Below, piece by piece: positions 38,888 to 47,313 of a DNA stretch of 64,000 nucleotides. The stretch spans positions 2,446 to 66,445 of the forward strand of contig JAGLOF010000023.1 of NCBI GenBank assembly GCA_023139105.1. Reading direction: 5' to 3'. The notes under the pieces were generated by a model. It was not told where the DNA came from. It was given only the letters and a program-made list of their open reading frames with translations, and searched no databases. Within the stretch, counting starts at the first letter, position 1; every line of letters starts with the position of its first letter. The stretch is from a bacterium (GTDB lineage Bacteria; Zhuqueibacterota; QNDG01; JAGLOF01). Position numbers and translations under genes: made by a program.

Positions 38888-39071
38888 AATATCAATAACA
38901 AGAATTTTAATAATCAGATTTTCAAAAACAACATTAATTAAAGTGCTACAAATAATTTAAAAACAACATTTTACACAATTAATTTCAAACACACAAATAG
39001 AGATATAAAAGGAAGATTACAATTATATATAAAGTAAATTTCCATACAGTGAGCGGAATTCAAACATTTTA

Positions 39072-41489
39072 TTAAGCATTTAATAATCCGCGAAGTGATT
39101 GCATTAATGGTCTAACCTGATAAGGTTTTTCAACATACTGTTCAATAAGTCCTTGGTAATTCTGGAAATCAAAATCAATTTCACCTTTTTCAACTGCACC
39201 TAATACTTTAGCACCAGGACTAATCTGATTGAATTTCTGCATAATTCGTTTGACAGATGCGCCCCGTATATGTAAATCAAGTATTATCAAATCGATTTTT
39301 TCATTGTATTTTTTATATAATCCAACAGCCTCTGATGGAGTTTTAGCACTTAAAACTTTATAGCCATATCTAAGCAGCATTTTACGAGCGGTTTCTCTTA
39401 AAATTTGTTCATCATCAACTAATAAAATTGTTTCACTTCCCAGCAAAGGCAATTCATCTTTGACAGAATCTTCATTTTTTTCAGTAATAAATCTAGTGGG
39501 GAAATGTACTTTTATCATTGATCCTTTATTTGGTTCACTAAATACTGAGATAAATCCGTTGTGGTCATCAAGTATTTCTTTAACAAATGTTAATCCATAG
39601 CCAAATCCACTGTCGACTGGTTTTGTACTGCTACCAGGATCAAAAATTCTTGATTTAATTGTTGAATCCATACCGTCACCGGTATCACTGACAGTTAATT
39701 GAATATATTGTCCTGGTTTAACACCCTGTTTCTTCCATAAACCGCGGTCACCTACATCGATATTCCGGGTCTTAAAAAACATTTTACCGCCATAGGGCAT
39801 AGATTCTTTTGCATTTAAGGCCAATTGTAATATAACTTGTTGTATCTGGCTTGAATCAGCTTTAATTTTATGTAACTTTTCATCTAGATCTGCACGGATA
39901 ATTAAAGATTTATCAGATAATCTTGATAAGATACCGGCAACTTCTTTTACAAGTTGATTCAAATCTAATTTTTCACGTATACAGGCCGAATTTTGAGTAA
40001 AAGCCATTAATCTTGAAATTCGCTCTGATGCCTGCTCAGAAGATTTGTGAATTTTTTGTATATCATTATAATATGGACTGTCACTTTTTATTTCCTCATT
40101 TAGCAATGATGAAAAACCAAGTATGACAGCCATTAAATTATTAAAATCATGTACCATTCCGCCTGCAATCAAGCCCATTGCCTCAACTTTACGAACCTGA
40201 CGCAGCTGATATTCCAAACGTTCTTCATCTTTCCTGGAAATAAAATACCAATGATGTACAGGTTTTCCATCAATCTCATCAATAGTAAATGAAGCCCTTA
40301 CATTGAATGTAGAATTATTCTTTGCCTTCAGAGCAATTATGCAATTACCATCATTTTTTTCTTCATTAAATCCACCTCCAATGATATGTTCAAATCTATC
40401 CCTGTCTTCTTCGGAGATCAAATCGACTAATCTCTGACCTGTTAATGCAGACTTTGGCTTGCCAAGATTTTCTTGAATCCATTGATTTGTATTTGAAATA
40501 ATGCCATCACGTACTTCCATCATTCCCATCAATGAAAATTCTTGTATACCTGATAACATATTAGGCGCTACTTTATCAGAAGATTTTATTGATGAATCAA
40601 TTCCTGATAGATAATTGGTCAAGTTTGAAATAAATTTGAATGTTTCCATATCAATAGATGAAGATAACTGTTTTAATACATATAAAAATGCTCTATTCCC
40701 ACTCTCGAGTTGAATGCTCCATACTGCAACAAATTGGATTTTGTCAAAAACCTGTCTAAGTAGTTGTGCTTTATCTTTGTCAAATTTTGTATCTATTTCA
40801 TCCAATGATTCTATAAATCCACCAATTTCTCCATTGTCTGCATTATATATATTGATTTCACTAGCAAACTCCTCCCATTGCTCAACAGGCCAGGAAAGAC
40901 ATACCGGTTGTATACCTATGGGGGCAATTGTTGGATCAATTACATGAAGACGTCCATGTCCAGGCCATGTGCATCCAGCATATGTTACAGATAACGTTTC
41001 TCTTATTTTTTCCAGAAATATGGGCAAAGATTTAATGGTAATAGGAATATATTTTGAAATGGACGAGCTTAAATCAATTAACTTCCTTAATTGATATTCA
41101 GTTGTAACTTCTTTTAAATATATATGAAGAAGTGCAGGGTTTCCATTTTCATCATTATATGAAATAGCATTAAATAGAAAGTGTTTTTCTTCCAGTTGGC
41201 CTGCAAGTAAAATAACAGGCTCTTCACGAACAATTCCTCGATTAATGCATTGATCTATCAACATCTTTAATCTACTACGGTATTGAACATTTGTAAATTT
41301 ATAAATTTCTATGCCAATATAATCGGATTCCTGACATTGCAATTTTTCTTCAGCACTGCTGTTCAGCGAAATAATTATTCCTTGAGCGTCCAACTCAAAA
41401 AATAAAATACCGGCACGTGAATAGATTTTCCCCGCATCCTGAGGCAATGGATTTGAACCGGACGTATTGTATTTAGTAATGGCATCCAT
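39072..41489 (-). CDS. Soluble hybrid sensor histidine kinase (PAS/GAF-like sensors, HisKA, HATPase, C-terminal receiver)
   Basis: No TM segments. H-box GGMVHDFNNLMAVILGFSSLL. ATPase boxes LALNAKESM, SDTGDGMD and GFGYGLTFV. Receiver ILLVDDEQ and LIILDLHI. Confidence 0.9.
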   Translation of the reverse strand: MDAITKYNTSGSNPLPQDAGKIYSRAGILFFELDAQGIIISLNSSAEEKLQCQESDYIGIEIYKFTNVQYRSRLKMLIDQCINRGIVREEPVILLAGQLEEKHFLFNAISYNDENGNPALLHIYLKEVTTEYQLRKLIDLSSSISKYIPITIKSLPIFLEKIRETLSVTYAGCTWPGHGRLHVIDPTIAPIGIQPVCLSWPVEQWEEFASEINIYNADNGEIGGFIESLDEIDTKFDKDKAQLLRQVFDKIQFVAVWSIQLESGNRAFLYVLKQLSSSIDMETFKFISNLTNYLSGIDSSIKSSDKVAPNMLSGIQEFSLMGMMEVRDGIISNTNQWIQENLGKPKSALTGQRLVDLISEEDRDRFEHIIGGGFNEEKNDGNCIIALKAKNNSTFNVRASFTIDEIDGKPVHHWYFISRKDEERLEYQLRQVRKVEAMGLIAGGMVHDFNNLMAVILGFSSLLNEEIKSDSPYYNDIQKIHKSSEQASERISRLMAFTQNSACIREKLDLNQLVKEVAGILSRLSDKSLIIRADLDEKLHKIKADSSQIQQVILQLALNAKESMPYGGKMFFKTRNIDVGDRGLWKKQGVKPGQYIQLTVSDTGDGMDSTIKSRIFDPGSSTKPVDSGFGYGLTFVKEILDDHNGFISVFSEPNKGSMIKVHFPTRFITEKNEDSVKDELPLLGSETILLVDDEQILRETARKMLLRYGYKVLSAKTPSEAVGLYKKYNEKIDLIILDLHIRGASVKRIMQKFNQISPGAKVLGAVEKGEIDFDFQNYQGLIEQYVEKPYQVRPLMQSLRGLLNA

Positions 41490-41543
41490 ACAGAATGAAA
41501 ACTATGCTCCATTAAAGGTAATTATTGATCTCAATATACCTTT

Positions 41544-41559
41544 AGCAAAAGCCGTTCCA
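41544..41559 (-). promoter_or_regulatory. Sigma-54 promoter candidate upstream of the second hybrid kinase
   Basis: The minus strand reads TGGAACGGCTTTTGCT: one mismatch to TGGCAC, a perfect TTGCT, and GG-N10-GC spacing. It sits in the 82-bp gap between the two kinase genes, about 55 nt upstream of the ATG at 41489. Confidence 0.5.
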
Positions 41560-41571
41560 TACAATATGAAA

Positions 41572-44055
41572 CTAGCGGTTATTTTGAAGAATTTTTTGAA
41601 TGGTTTTTATAAGTATTTCCGTTTGGAAGGGTTTTTGGATGAAAAATTGGTTCCCCATTTGGAGAAGTTCAGGCTTATCTTCAGGGCTGTATCCTGAAAG
41701 AAAACAGATCAGTACAGATGGCAAAATTTCTTTCAAACGTCTGGAACATTCCTTACCACCCATAAATGGCATCATCCAATCCAGCAAAACAAGATCGATA
41801 TTGTCATGCTCCTTTTCAAAAATCTTTAACGCCTCAATACCATTTTCAGCAGTTATTACAGAGAAACCTCCTCGTTCAAGCATTCTCTGTCCAACTTCAC
41901 GAATCACCAGTTCATCATCTACTAACAAAATACGATTACCAAGTTTAGTCTTCTTTTGAACAGACGTTATTGCAGTTTTAGGTTCTTGAACAATTCTTGG
42001 TAAATAGAGTGTGACTGTAGTCCCCAGCTGGATTTCAGACTTAATATTGATTCCGCCGCCATGATTTTTAATTACGCCATAAACCATTGCCATACCCAAC
42101 CCAGCTCCATCACCGGCAGTTTTTGTAGTAAAGAATGGTTCGAAGACTCGATTTTTTGTGCGATCATCCATTCCCTGACCATTATCAGAAATTATAACCT
42201 GGACATAGTCACCTTTCTCCAAAACAGCTGTTTCTTTAACAGAAATTGAATCAAGAGAGACACAGTGGGTCTCGATACTAATTTTACCGTGTCCTCTTAA
42301 GGAATCAATACCATTTATACATATATTCAGTATGGCCTGTTGAATCTGTATTGCATCACCACTCACTAACCATATATCAGAATGGAAATTTGTATCCAGG
42401 ATCATTGTCTGATCCATGTTTTCTTTCAAAATTGGTAATATCTGTGAAATAATATTGTTAATATTCAATCTTCTTACCTGATATTTACCACCACGGGCAA
42501 ATGCCAATAATCGGCTTGTAAGTTCTGCAGCTCGTTTAGCGGTTCTGGAAATAGTTTCAATATCAGCATAATATGGATGGGATTCTGGCATGTCGCTTAA
42601 TAAAAGGGATGCATAACCGAGAATACCACCTAACAAATTATTGAAATCATGTGCAATCCCACCAGCCAGTGTGCTGATTGATTCCATTTTTTTTGTTTCT
42701 AAAAGTTCCCTGGCCATTGTTTTTCGTTCGGTAATATCAATAATATTTCCAAGTATAGTGGGCTGGCCTTTCAAAATTACTCTTCGCGAACGGATTTCAC
42801 ACCATAAAAGTTGTCCGTTTTTACGCATCAGTCGTATTTCGTAATGCTCAGGTACTTCCTCGCCATTTTCTCTTCTACGTTCTCTCTCTGTAACCCATAT
42901 TCTATCCTCAGGATGTACAAGACTGTAAAAACCAACATCAAAAAGCTCTTCTTTTGAAAAACCTGTCAGAGATTCAAATTGAGAATTTGCAAATAATATT
43001 GTGTCCCCTCTTAAATTGAACACACTGACAAGGCTGGATTCAACCAAAATTCGATATTTATTTTTAGATTCTTTTAAACTTATTTCAAGTTGTTTTCTAA
43101 GAGAGATATTCCGGATAAAACTCTGTATTGTCTCTTCACCATGGAACCAGACCCGTCTCGAAGAAATTTCCGCAAAAAATGAATTGCCGTTAGCTTTCAG
43201 TAATTTCGTATCAAGAGGACGATCAGTTGTTTTTTTAAGGACATTTTCAAAAAACAGTTGCTGATTATCCAGGGCTTCCTTTGGAACAATTTGTGTCCAT
43301 TTCATATCAACTAATTGTTTACGATTATATCCAAGCATTTGACAGGCAACATGATTTGCCTCAAATATGGCACCATCTTTATCATGAACAACAATACCGT
43401 CATTTGCACCTTCAAAAAGTGCATGAAACTGAAATTCCTGTTCTAATAATCTTTTAGTACCATCCTGGATACGTCTTTCGACTTCCGCACTCCACTCTTT
43501 CAATAGGGCTGTTTTATTTTTTAATTCATTAAATAATCGGGCATTTTGAAGTGACAGAGCCAATACAGAAGATATTGCTGTAACAAAATCAAGTATTTTG
43601 CCAGGATATCTACTCATTGATAAATTTAAAATGACCAAGACATCATAGTAGTCATTATCAAAATTAAATGGAGCAACCAATAAATTACTAATATTATTAA
43701 TATTTAAAAGTTTAAAGAAATCAGGGTCAGATTTAAAGTCATCAAGTAAAAGTATATCTTTTTTTTCATTAGCCAACTTTACCATCTCTACAAGTATTTT
43801 TTTATCAACAGATATCTGATTTTTATCCGGAGCAGTTTGGATAATTTTTATATTGAGATCTGATTTTGTTATCTGTAATAACAGGACTTCTTCTGCAAGA
43901 ACACGTTTGTGTATTTCAACAAGAAATTGTTGTGTTCTTTGCCATGGATCGGTCTCTTGAAAGAGCATTTCTTTTTTAGATGCCCATTCAATAAATGAGG
44001 ATTCTTTTGAGAAAAAGCTATTTTTCTCATTTGATGTTTTCTTAAAAACTGACAA
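41572..44055 (-). CDS. Soluble hybrid sensor histidine kinase (GAF-like, multiple PAS, HisKA, HATPase, C-terminal receiver)
   Basis: H-box GGIAHDFNNLLGGILGYASLL. ATPase boxes ILNICINGIDS, SDNGQGMD and GAGLGMAMV. Receiver ILLVDDELV and LVLLDWMMP. PAS signature PEHYEIRLMRKNGQLLWCEIRS. Confidence 0.9.
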   Translation of the reverse strand: MSVFKKTSNEKNSFFSKESSFIEWASKKEMLFQETDPWQRTQQFLVEIHKRVLAEEVLLLQITKSDLNIKIIQTAPDKNQISVDKKILVEMVKLANEKKDILLLDDFKSDPDFFKLLNINNISNLLVAPFNFDNDYYDVLVILNLSMSRYPGKILDFVTAISSVLALSLQNARLFNELKNKTALLKEWSAEVERRIQDGTKRLLEQEFQFHALFEGANDGIVVHDKDGAIFEANHVACQMLGYNRKQLVDMKWTQIVPKEALDNQQLFFENVLKKTTDRPLDTKLLKANGNSFFAEISSRRVWFHGEETIQSFIRNISLRKQLEISLKESKNKYRILVESSLVSVFNLRGDTILFANSQFESLTGFSKEELFDVGFYSLVHPEDRIWVTERERRRENGEEVPEHYEIRLMRKNGQLLWCEIRSRRVILKGQPTILGNIIDITERKTMARELLETKKMESISTLAGGIAHDFNNLLGGILGYASLLLSDMPESHPYYADIETISRTAKRAAELTSRLLAFARGGKYQVRRLNINNIISQILPILKENMDQTMILDTNFHSDIWLVSGDAIQIQQAILNICINGIDSLRGHGKISIETHCVSLDSISVKETAVLEKGDYVQVIISDNGQGMDDRTKNRVFEPFFTTKTAGDGAGLGMAMVYGVIKNHGGGINIKSEIQLGTTVTLYLPRIVQEPKTAITSVQKKTKLGNRILLVDDELVIREVGQRMLERGGFSVITAENGIEALKIFEKEHDNIDLVLLDWMMPFMGGKECSRRLKEILPSVLICFLSGYSPEDKPELLQMGNQFFIQKPFQTEILIKTIQKILQNNR

Positions 44056-44358
44056 TCAAAGATCCCTATTGATTAATGACTTGACTCGCGCTGTAACAAT
44101 AAAAAATGCAACCTAAATTCAATGTTAACAGGTAAAAAAATGGAGATACACAGAATATGTTGAATATTATTAAATTTACCAATAAAAGTCAAGATAAAAT
44201 TTGTTAAAGTATTGTCATATTTTAATACAAAAATGCGTCTATATTGAAAAAAGCGAAGGAGTTCTTACATTAAAATTCAAGATTCGGTGTGTAGAGATTG
44301 AATATTCATCATTTCTAGGGAACGCAAAAAGATTTCCGAGTCAACATGGGAGAAAAGG

Positions 44359-44458
44359 GAGCAGAACACATCATCCGTAAGAGCTCTTTATCTGACAGGA
44401 TTAACATGATATACGTAATGATCATGTTAATCCTGTGATCCTGCCCTGCTCTTTTTTT
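44359..44458 (+). ncRNA. Candidate structured small RNA 3' module / terminator (strand and 5' end uncertain)
   Basis: Perfect 16-bp hairpin (44395-44410 pairs with 44421-44436, 10-nt loop). It is nested inside GAGCAG (44359-44364) / CTGCTC (44446-44451), which is followed on the plus strand by T7 (44452-44458). A second GAGCAG copy (44467-44472) could pair alternatively with the same CTGCTC. No ORF explains the region. Confidence 0.3.
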
Positions 44459-44527
44459 ATATTGTAGAGCAGTGCCGAAAGGTACCGTGTATTATGTGTA
44501 TTCCGTGGTAAAATGCTTTTTCTTTTT

Positions 44528-44630
44528 GGCTCTTCCGGGTATTCTATGGATTAATAACCTATATATCAACATGCTATACTCATCTGCGTTATCTGTAAAT
44601 TTATAATTTCACACAATTGCCGGAAGAGCC
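44528..44630. repeat. Perfect 11-bp inverted repeat pair (GGCTCTTCCGG / CCGGAAGAGCC) bracketing 81 nt of AT-rich sequence
   Basis: Arms at 44528-44538 and 44620-44630. The right arm starts 8 nt from the stop codon of the 44638 gene. There is no adjacent T-run on the minus strand, so it is not a simple terminator. Confidence 0.7.
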
Positions 44631-44637
44631 TATTGCC

Positions 44638-45159
44638 TTATTCTATTTCATTATTCTTTGATTTTTTATAACTATTTATCAAAATCCCGATACCAATTAC
44701 AATAATCAAGATCGGCCAAAAATATTCCCATATATTATCCAGATCTATATCCCATATACCCAGACTATCAATAGCACTCGACAGGCCTACCATAATTAAT
44801 ACTGCGCCGGGTATTAGTACACCCCATTTCTGTGTATCAATAATGAATTTACCAACAAATCCCAACCCAAATGCCAGAGGAAAAATTGGCCAATATTCAT
44901 CGGGATAGAGATACATTATTAAATTTAGATTTCTTGCAGCAAGAAAACAACCAATTACTGCAAGCGATATCCCCCAAAAAATAGCTGAAGATGATTTATT
45001 CCTGAATGCCTGATATAGCAATAGAGATGCAAATGCAAGAATTAATACAGGATAATAATCATAGAGCGAATCATCTAATCCGAATCTATCAGAGATCATC
45101 CAAAGTCCGAAAACTATAAGTAGCATACCGGGGATAAGACTACTGCGTTTCTCTTTCAT
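44638..45159 (-). CDS. Integral membrane protein (LiaF/DUF-type partner of PspC proteins); function unknown
   Basis: 173 aa with about five or six hydrophobic helices. It lies 2 nt downstream of the PspC-domain gene. Confidence 0.4.
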   Translation of the reverse strand: MKEKRSSLIPGMLLIVFGLWMISDRFGLDDSLYDYYPVLILAFASLLLYQAFRNKSSSAIFWGISLAVIGCFLAARNLNLIMYLYPDEYWPIFPLAFGLGFVGKFIIDTQKWGVLIPGAVLIMVGLSSAIDSLGIWDIDLDNIWEYFWPILIIVIGIGILINSYKKSKNNEIE

Positions 45160-45161
45160 TT

Positions 45162-45863
45162 TTATGCCTCCTCTGTTTGTGATTCAGGGACAGCAACCCA
45201 TAAACCGATATACAGGAGAAGGAAGAGCGGAGCATGTGTTGCCAGGCTAACCGCAACATAGGCTATTCTGACAATAACAGGTTCAATATTCAGATATTTG
45301 GCCAAGCCACTTAAAACACCTGCAATCCAGCGGTCACTTACACTACGCTGCATTTTTTTTCTATTATCAGTATCTGAGGTAGTAGTAGTTTTTGTAGTTT
45401 TAGTTGTGTCTTTTTTGTGATTTAGAGTGTAGACAATATATATTATTCCACAAGCCAAAATCAAGAATGGTAAGATCTCCCCAAAATCCATAAATCCTAT
45501 ACCGCGATAGTTAAAATGACGTGAATTATGCAATGGATTAAAAAAATGCCAGCTATCTGATAATATAAGGAGTCCTAATAATATTAATCCTCCGCCCCAA
45601 ATTAATCCCTGATTATGTGTAACTTTATCAGTTGATTTCATATTTTCCTGCTCAGGATTTTTTGGCATAAACAGTAAACTGGCCAGATATGCCCAGAATC
45701 CTATCCCACCCGCAAATATACTCATTACCCATATTACTCTTACAATAGTAACATCAAAGCCAAAATATTCGGCAACTCCACCACAAACACCATCAATCAT
45801 CTTATCTTTTTTAGACTTATAAAGTTTCTTTGATTTTATATCTTCCGATATTTTTTTTACCAT
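45162..45863 (-). CDS. PspC-domain membrane protein with two PspC domains
   Basis: N-terminal KMIDGVCGGVAEYFGFDVTIVRVIWVMSIF and C-terminal DRWIAGVLSGLAKYLNIEPVIVRIAYVAVSL both fit the PspC domain. A Thr/Lys-rich linker joins them. Confidence 0.8.
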   Translation of the reverse strand: MVKKISEDIKSKKLYKSKKDKMIDGVCGGVAEYFGFDVTIVRVIWVMSIFAGGIGFWAYLASLLFMPKNPEQENMKSTDKVTHNQGLIWGGGLILLGLLILSDSWHFFNPLHNSRHFNYRGIGFMDFGEILPFLILACGIIYIVYTLNHKKDTTKTTKTTTTSDTDNRKKMQRSVSDRWIAGVLSGLAKYLNIEPVIVRIAYVAVSLATHAPLFLLLYIGLWVAVPESQTEEA

Positions 45864-45949
45864 GATGACCTCGCTTTATTTTTGTTGCATGGTATGATAC
45901 TTCTATTACTCGGATAACGTATTTTTAAAGCGATTGTTTCAGAATATCA

Positions 45950-46696
45950 TTATTGTCTTTCTTTTTGTATCTCACCGGTCATCTTGACAAAGCGTACGGG
46001 AATCAAACGTTTTCTTTCAATCTGGCCCATATTCTTTTCAACAAGCATTAATTCCTGGTAATCATCTTCGCCAACAGGTAATATCATCCTCCCGCCATCT
46101 TTTAATTGATCAAGTAATTCCTCTAAAATTCTGGGCGGCGCAGCAGTAATTATAATTGCATCAAATGGTGCTTTGTCAGGCCAGCCTTTAAGTCCATCAC
46201 CAGCCTTTACAAAAATATTATTATACTGAAGTTTTTCAAAAAGAAGTTTTGCTTTAGGTACTAATGGATTAACAATTTCTATTGTATACACTTCAGCAAC
46301 AATTTTTGAAAGAATTGCTGCCTGATATCCTGAACCGGTACCAATTTCCAATACACGCTCATTAGCCTTTAATTGCAGTTTTTCTGTCATCAAGGCTACA
46401 ATATATGGTTGAGATATAGTTTGATCATATCCTATAGGTAAAGGAGAATCGTTATATGCAGATGTAGCCAGTTCAGGAGGAACAAATAAATGCCTGGGGA
46501 CTGATTTCATAGCATTCAGGACTGCAATATCATTGATATCTCTGGCCTTTATCTGCTGATCAATCATCATTAATCTTTTTTCAGTAAACATATCTTCCCT
46601 TTCGTCAATATTAATATGACGATCATCACCGGATTGCTTACAACCGCAAATTAGTATTAATAAAGACACAGCCATAATTTTAAAGACATAGTTCAT
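45950..46696 (-). CDS. pcm: Protein-L-isoaspartate O-methyltransferase with an N-terminal signal/lipoprotein-like leader
   Basis: QTISQPYIVALMTE and VLEIGTGSGYQAAILS (SAM motif). The leader is MNYVFKIMAVSLLILICGCKQSG. Confidence 0.88.
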   Translation of the reverse strand: MNYVFKIMAVSLLILICGCKQSGDDRHINIDEREDMFTEKRLMMIDQQIKARDINDIAVLNAMKSVPRHLFVPPELATSAYNDSPLPIGYDQTISQPYIVALMTEKLQLKANERVLEIGTGSGYQAAILSKIVAEVYTIEIVNPLVPKAKLLFEKLQYNNIFVKAGDGLKGWPDKAPFDAIIITAAPPRILEELLDQLKDGGRMILPVGEDDYQELMLVEKNMGQIERKRLIPVRFVKMTGEIQKERQ

Positions 46697-46713
46697 GATT
46701 CCCCCAATGTTTT

Positions 46714-47313
46714 TTAAAAATATCGATCACTACTGGTTGTCGCATTAATAGCCAGGTTGATACGTTTTCTATGATTTTTACGGTTCCAATATTGTCTATG
46801 AATTTCATAGACAACAGTGGCAAAAGTACAGCCAACATTCATACTGTTCTTAAATCCCTGCATTGGAATTTCAATAATATGATCTGCCATTTTCAGAATG
46901 GCCGGATCAACACCAAGTGCCTCATTACCCAATACTATTGCAACCGGTAAAGGAAAATCAAACTCCCACAGAATTTTACTTTTATTGGTTAATTCAAGAG
47001 CAATAATTGGAATTTTGTTGGATTTAAACTCATTTGCTGCATCAATAGTATTCTCAAAATGCCTGCTTGGAACATAATTGATAGCACCAAGTGAAGTCTT
47101 TGTTAGTTTATCATGAGGTGGATACGCAGTACAACCACAGGTAATTACTTCTTTTATTAAAGCACAATCAGCAGTTCTAAAAATAGAACCTACATTAAAT
47201 GCACTACGCAGGTTATCCAGAACCACTGTTATCGGATGTCTTTCAATTTTGCTGAATTCTTCCGGTGTAATATCAGCATCAAAAGATCTGACATGAATAT
47301 TCGTTTCTATCAT
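46714..47313 (-). CDS. SpoU/TrmH-family RNA 2'-O-methyltransferase
   Basis: VVLDNLRSAFNVGSIFRTAD, IVLGNEALGV and IPMQGFKNSMNVGCTFATVVYE (the three SPOUT motifs). Confidence 0.85.
   Translation of the reverse strand: MIETNIHVRSFDADITPEEFSKIERHPITVVLDNLRSAFNVGSIFRTADCALIKEVITCGCTAYPPHDKLTKTSLGAINYVPSRHFENTIDAANEFKSNKIPIIALELTNKSKILWEFDFPLPVAIVLGNEALGVDPAILKMADHIIEIPMQGFKNSMNVGCTFATVVYEIHRQYWNRKNHRKRINLAINATTSSDRYF

Noticed and set aside
44324-44339. CGGAAATCTTTTTGC (minus strand) as a sigma-54 promoter for the first hybrid kinase
   Set aside because: The spacing is right, but the -24 box is poor (only the GG matches) and the site lies about 270 nt upstream of the ATG at 44055.
44346-44438. 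30-codon plus-strand ORF (MGEKGAEHIIRKSSLSDRINMIYVMIMLIL) spanning the 16-bp hairpin; considered as a type I toxin
   Set aside because: No Shine-Dalgarno is present. The hydrophobic run is only 10-12 residues, too short for a membrane helix. Its sequence is dictated by the two hairpin arms. It is more likely non-coding.
44615-44635. CCGGAAGAGCC resembles the SRP (4.5S) RNA helix-8 CCGGAAGGAAGC motif
   Set aside because: The flanking conserved SRP bases (GGUCAGGU... / ...AGCAGCC) are absent. The motif instead pairs perfectly with a distant 11-mer. No other SRP RNA features were seen.
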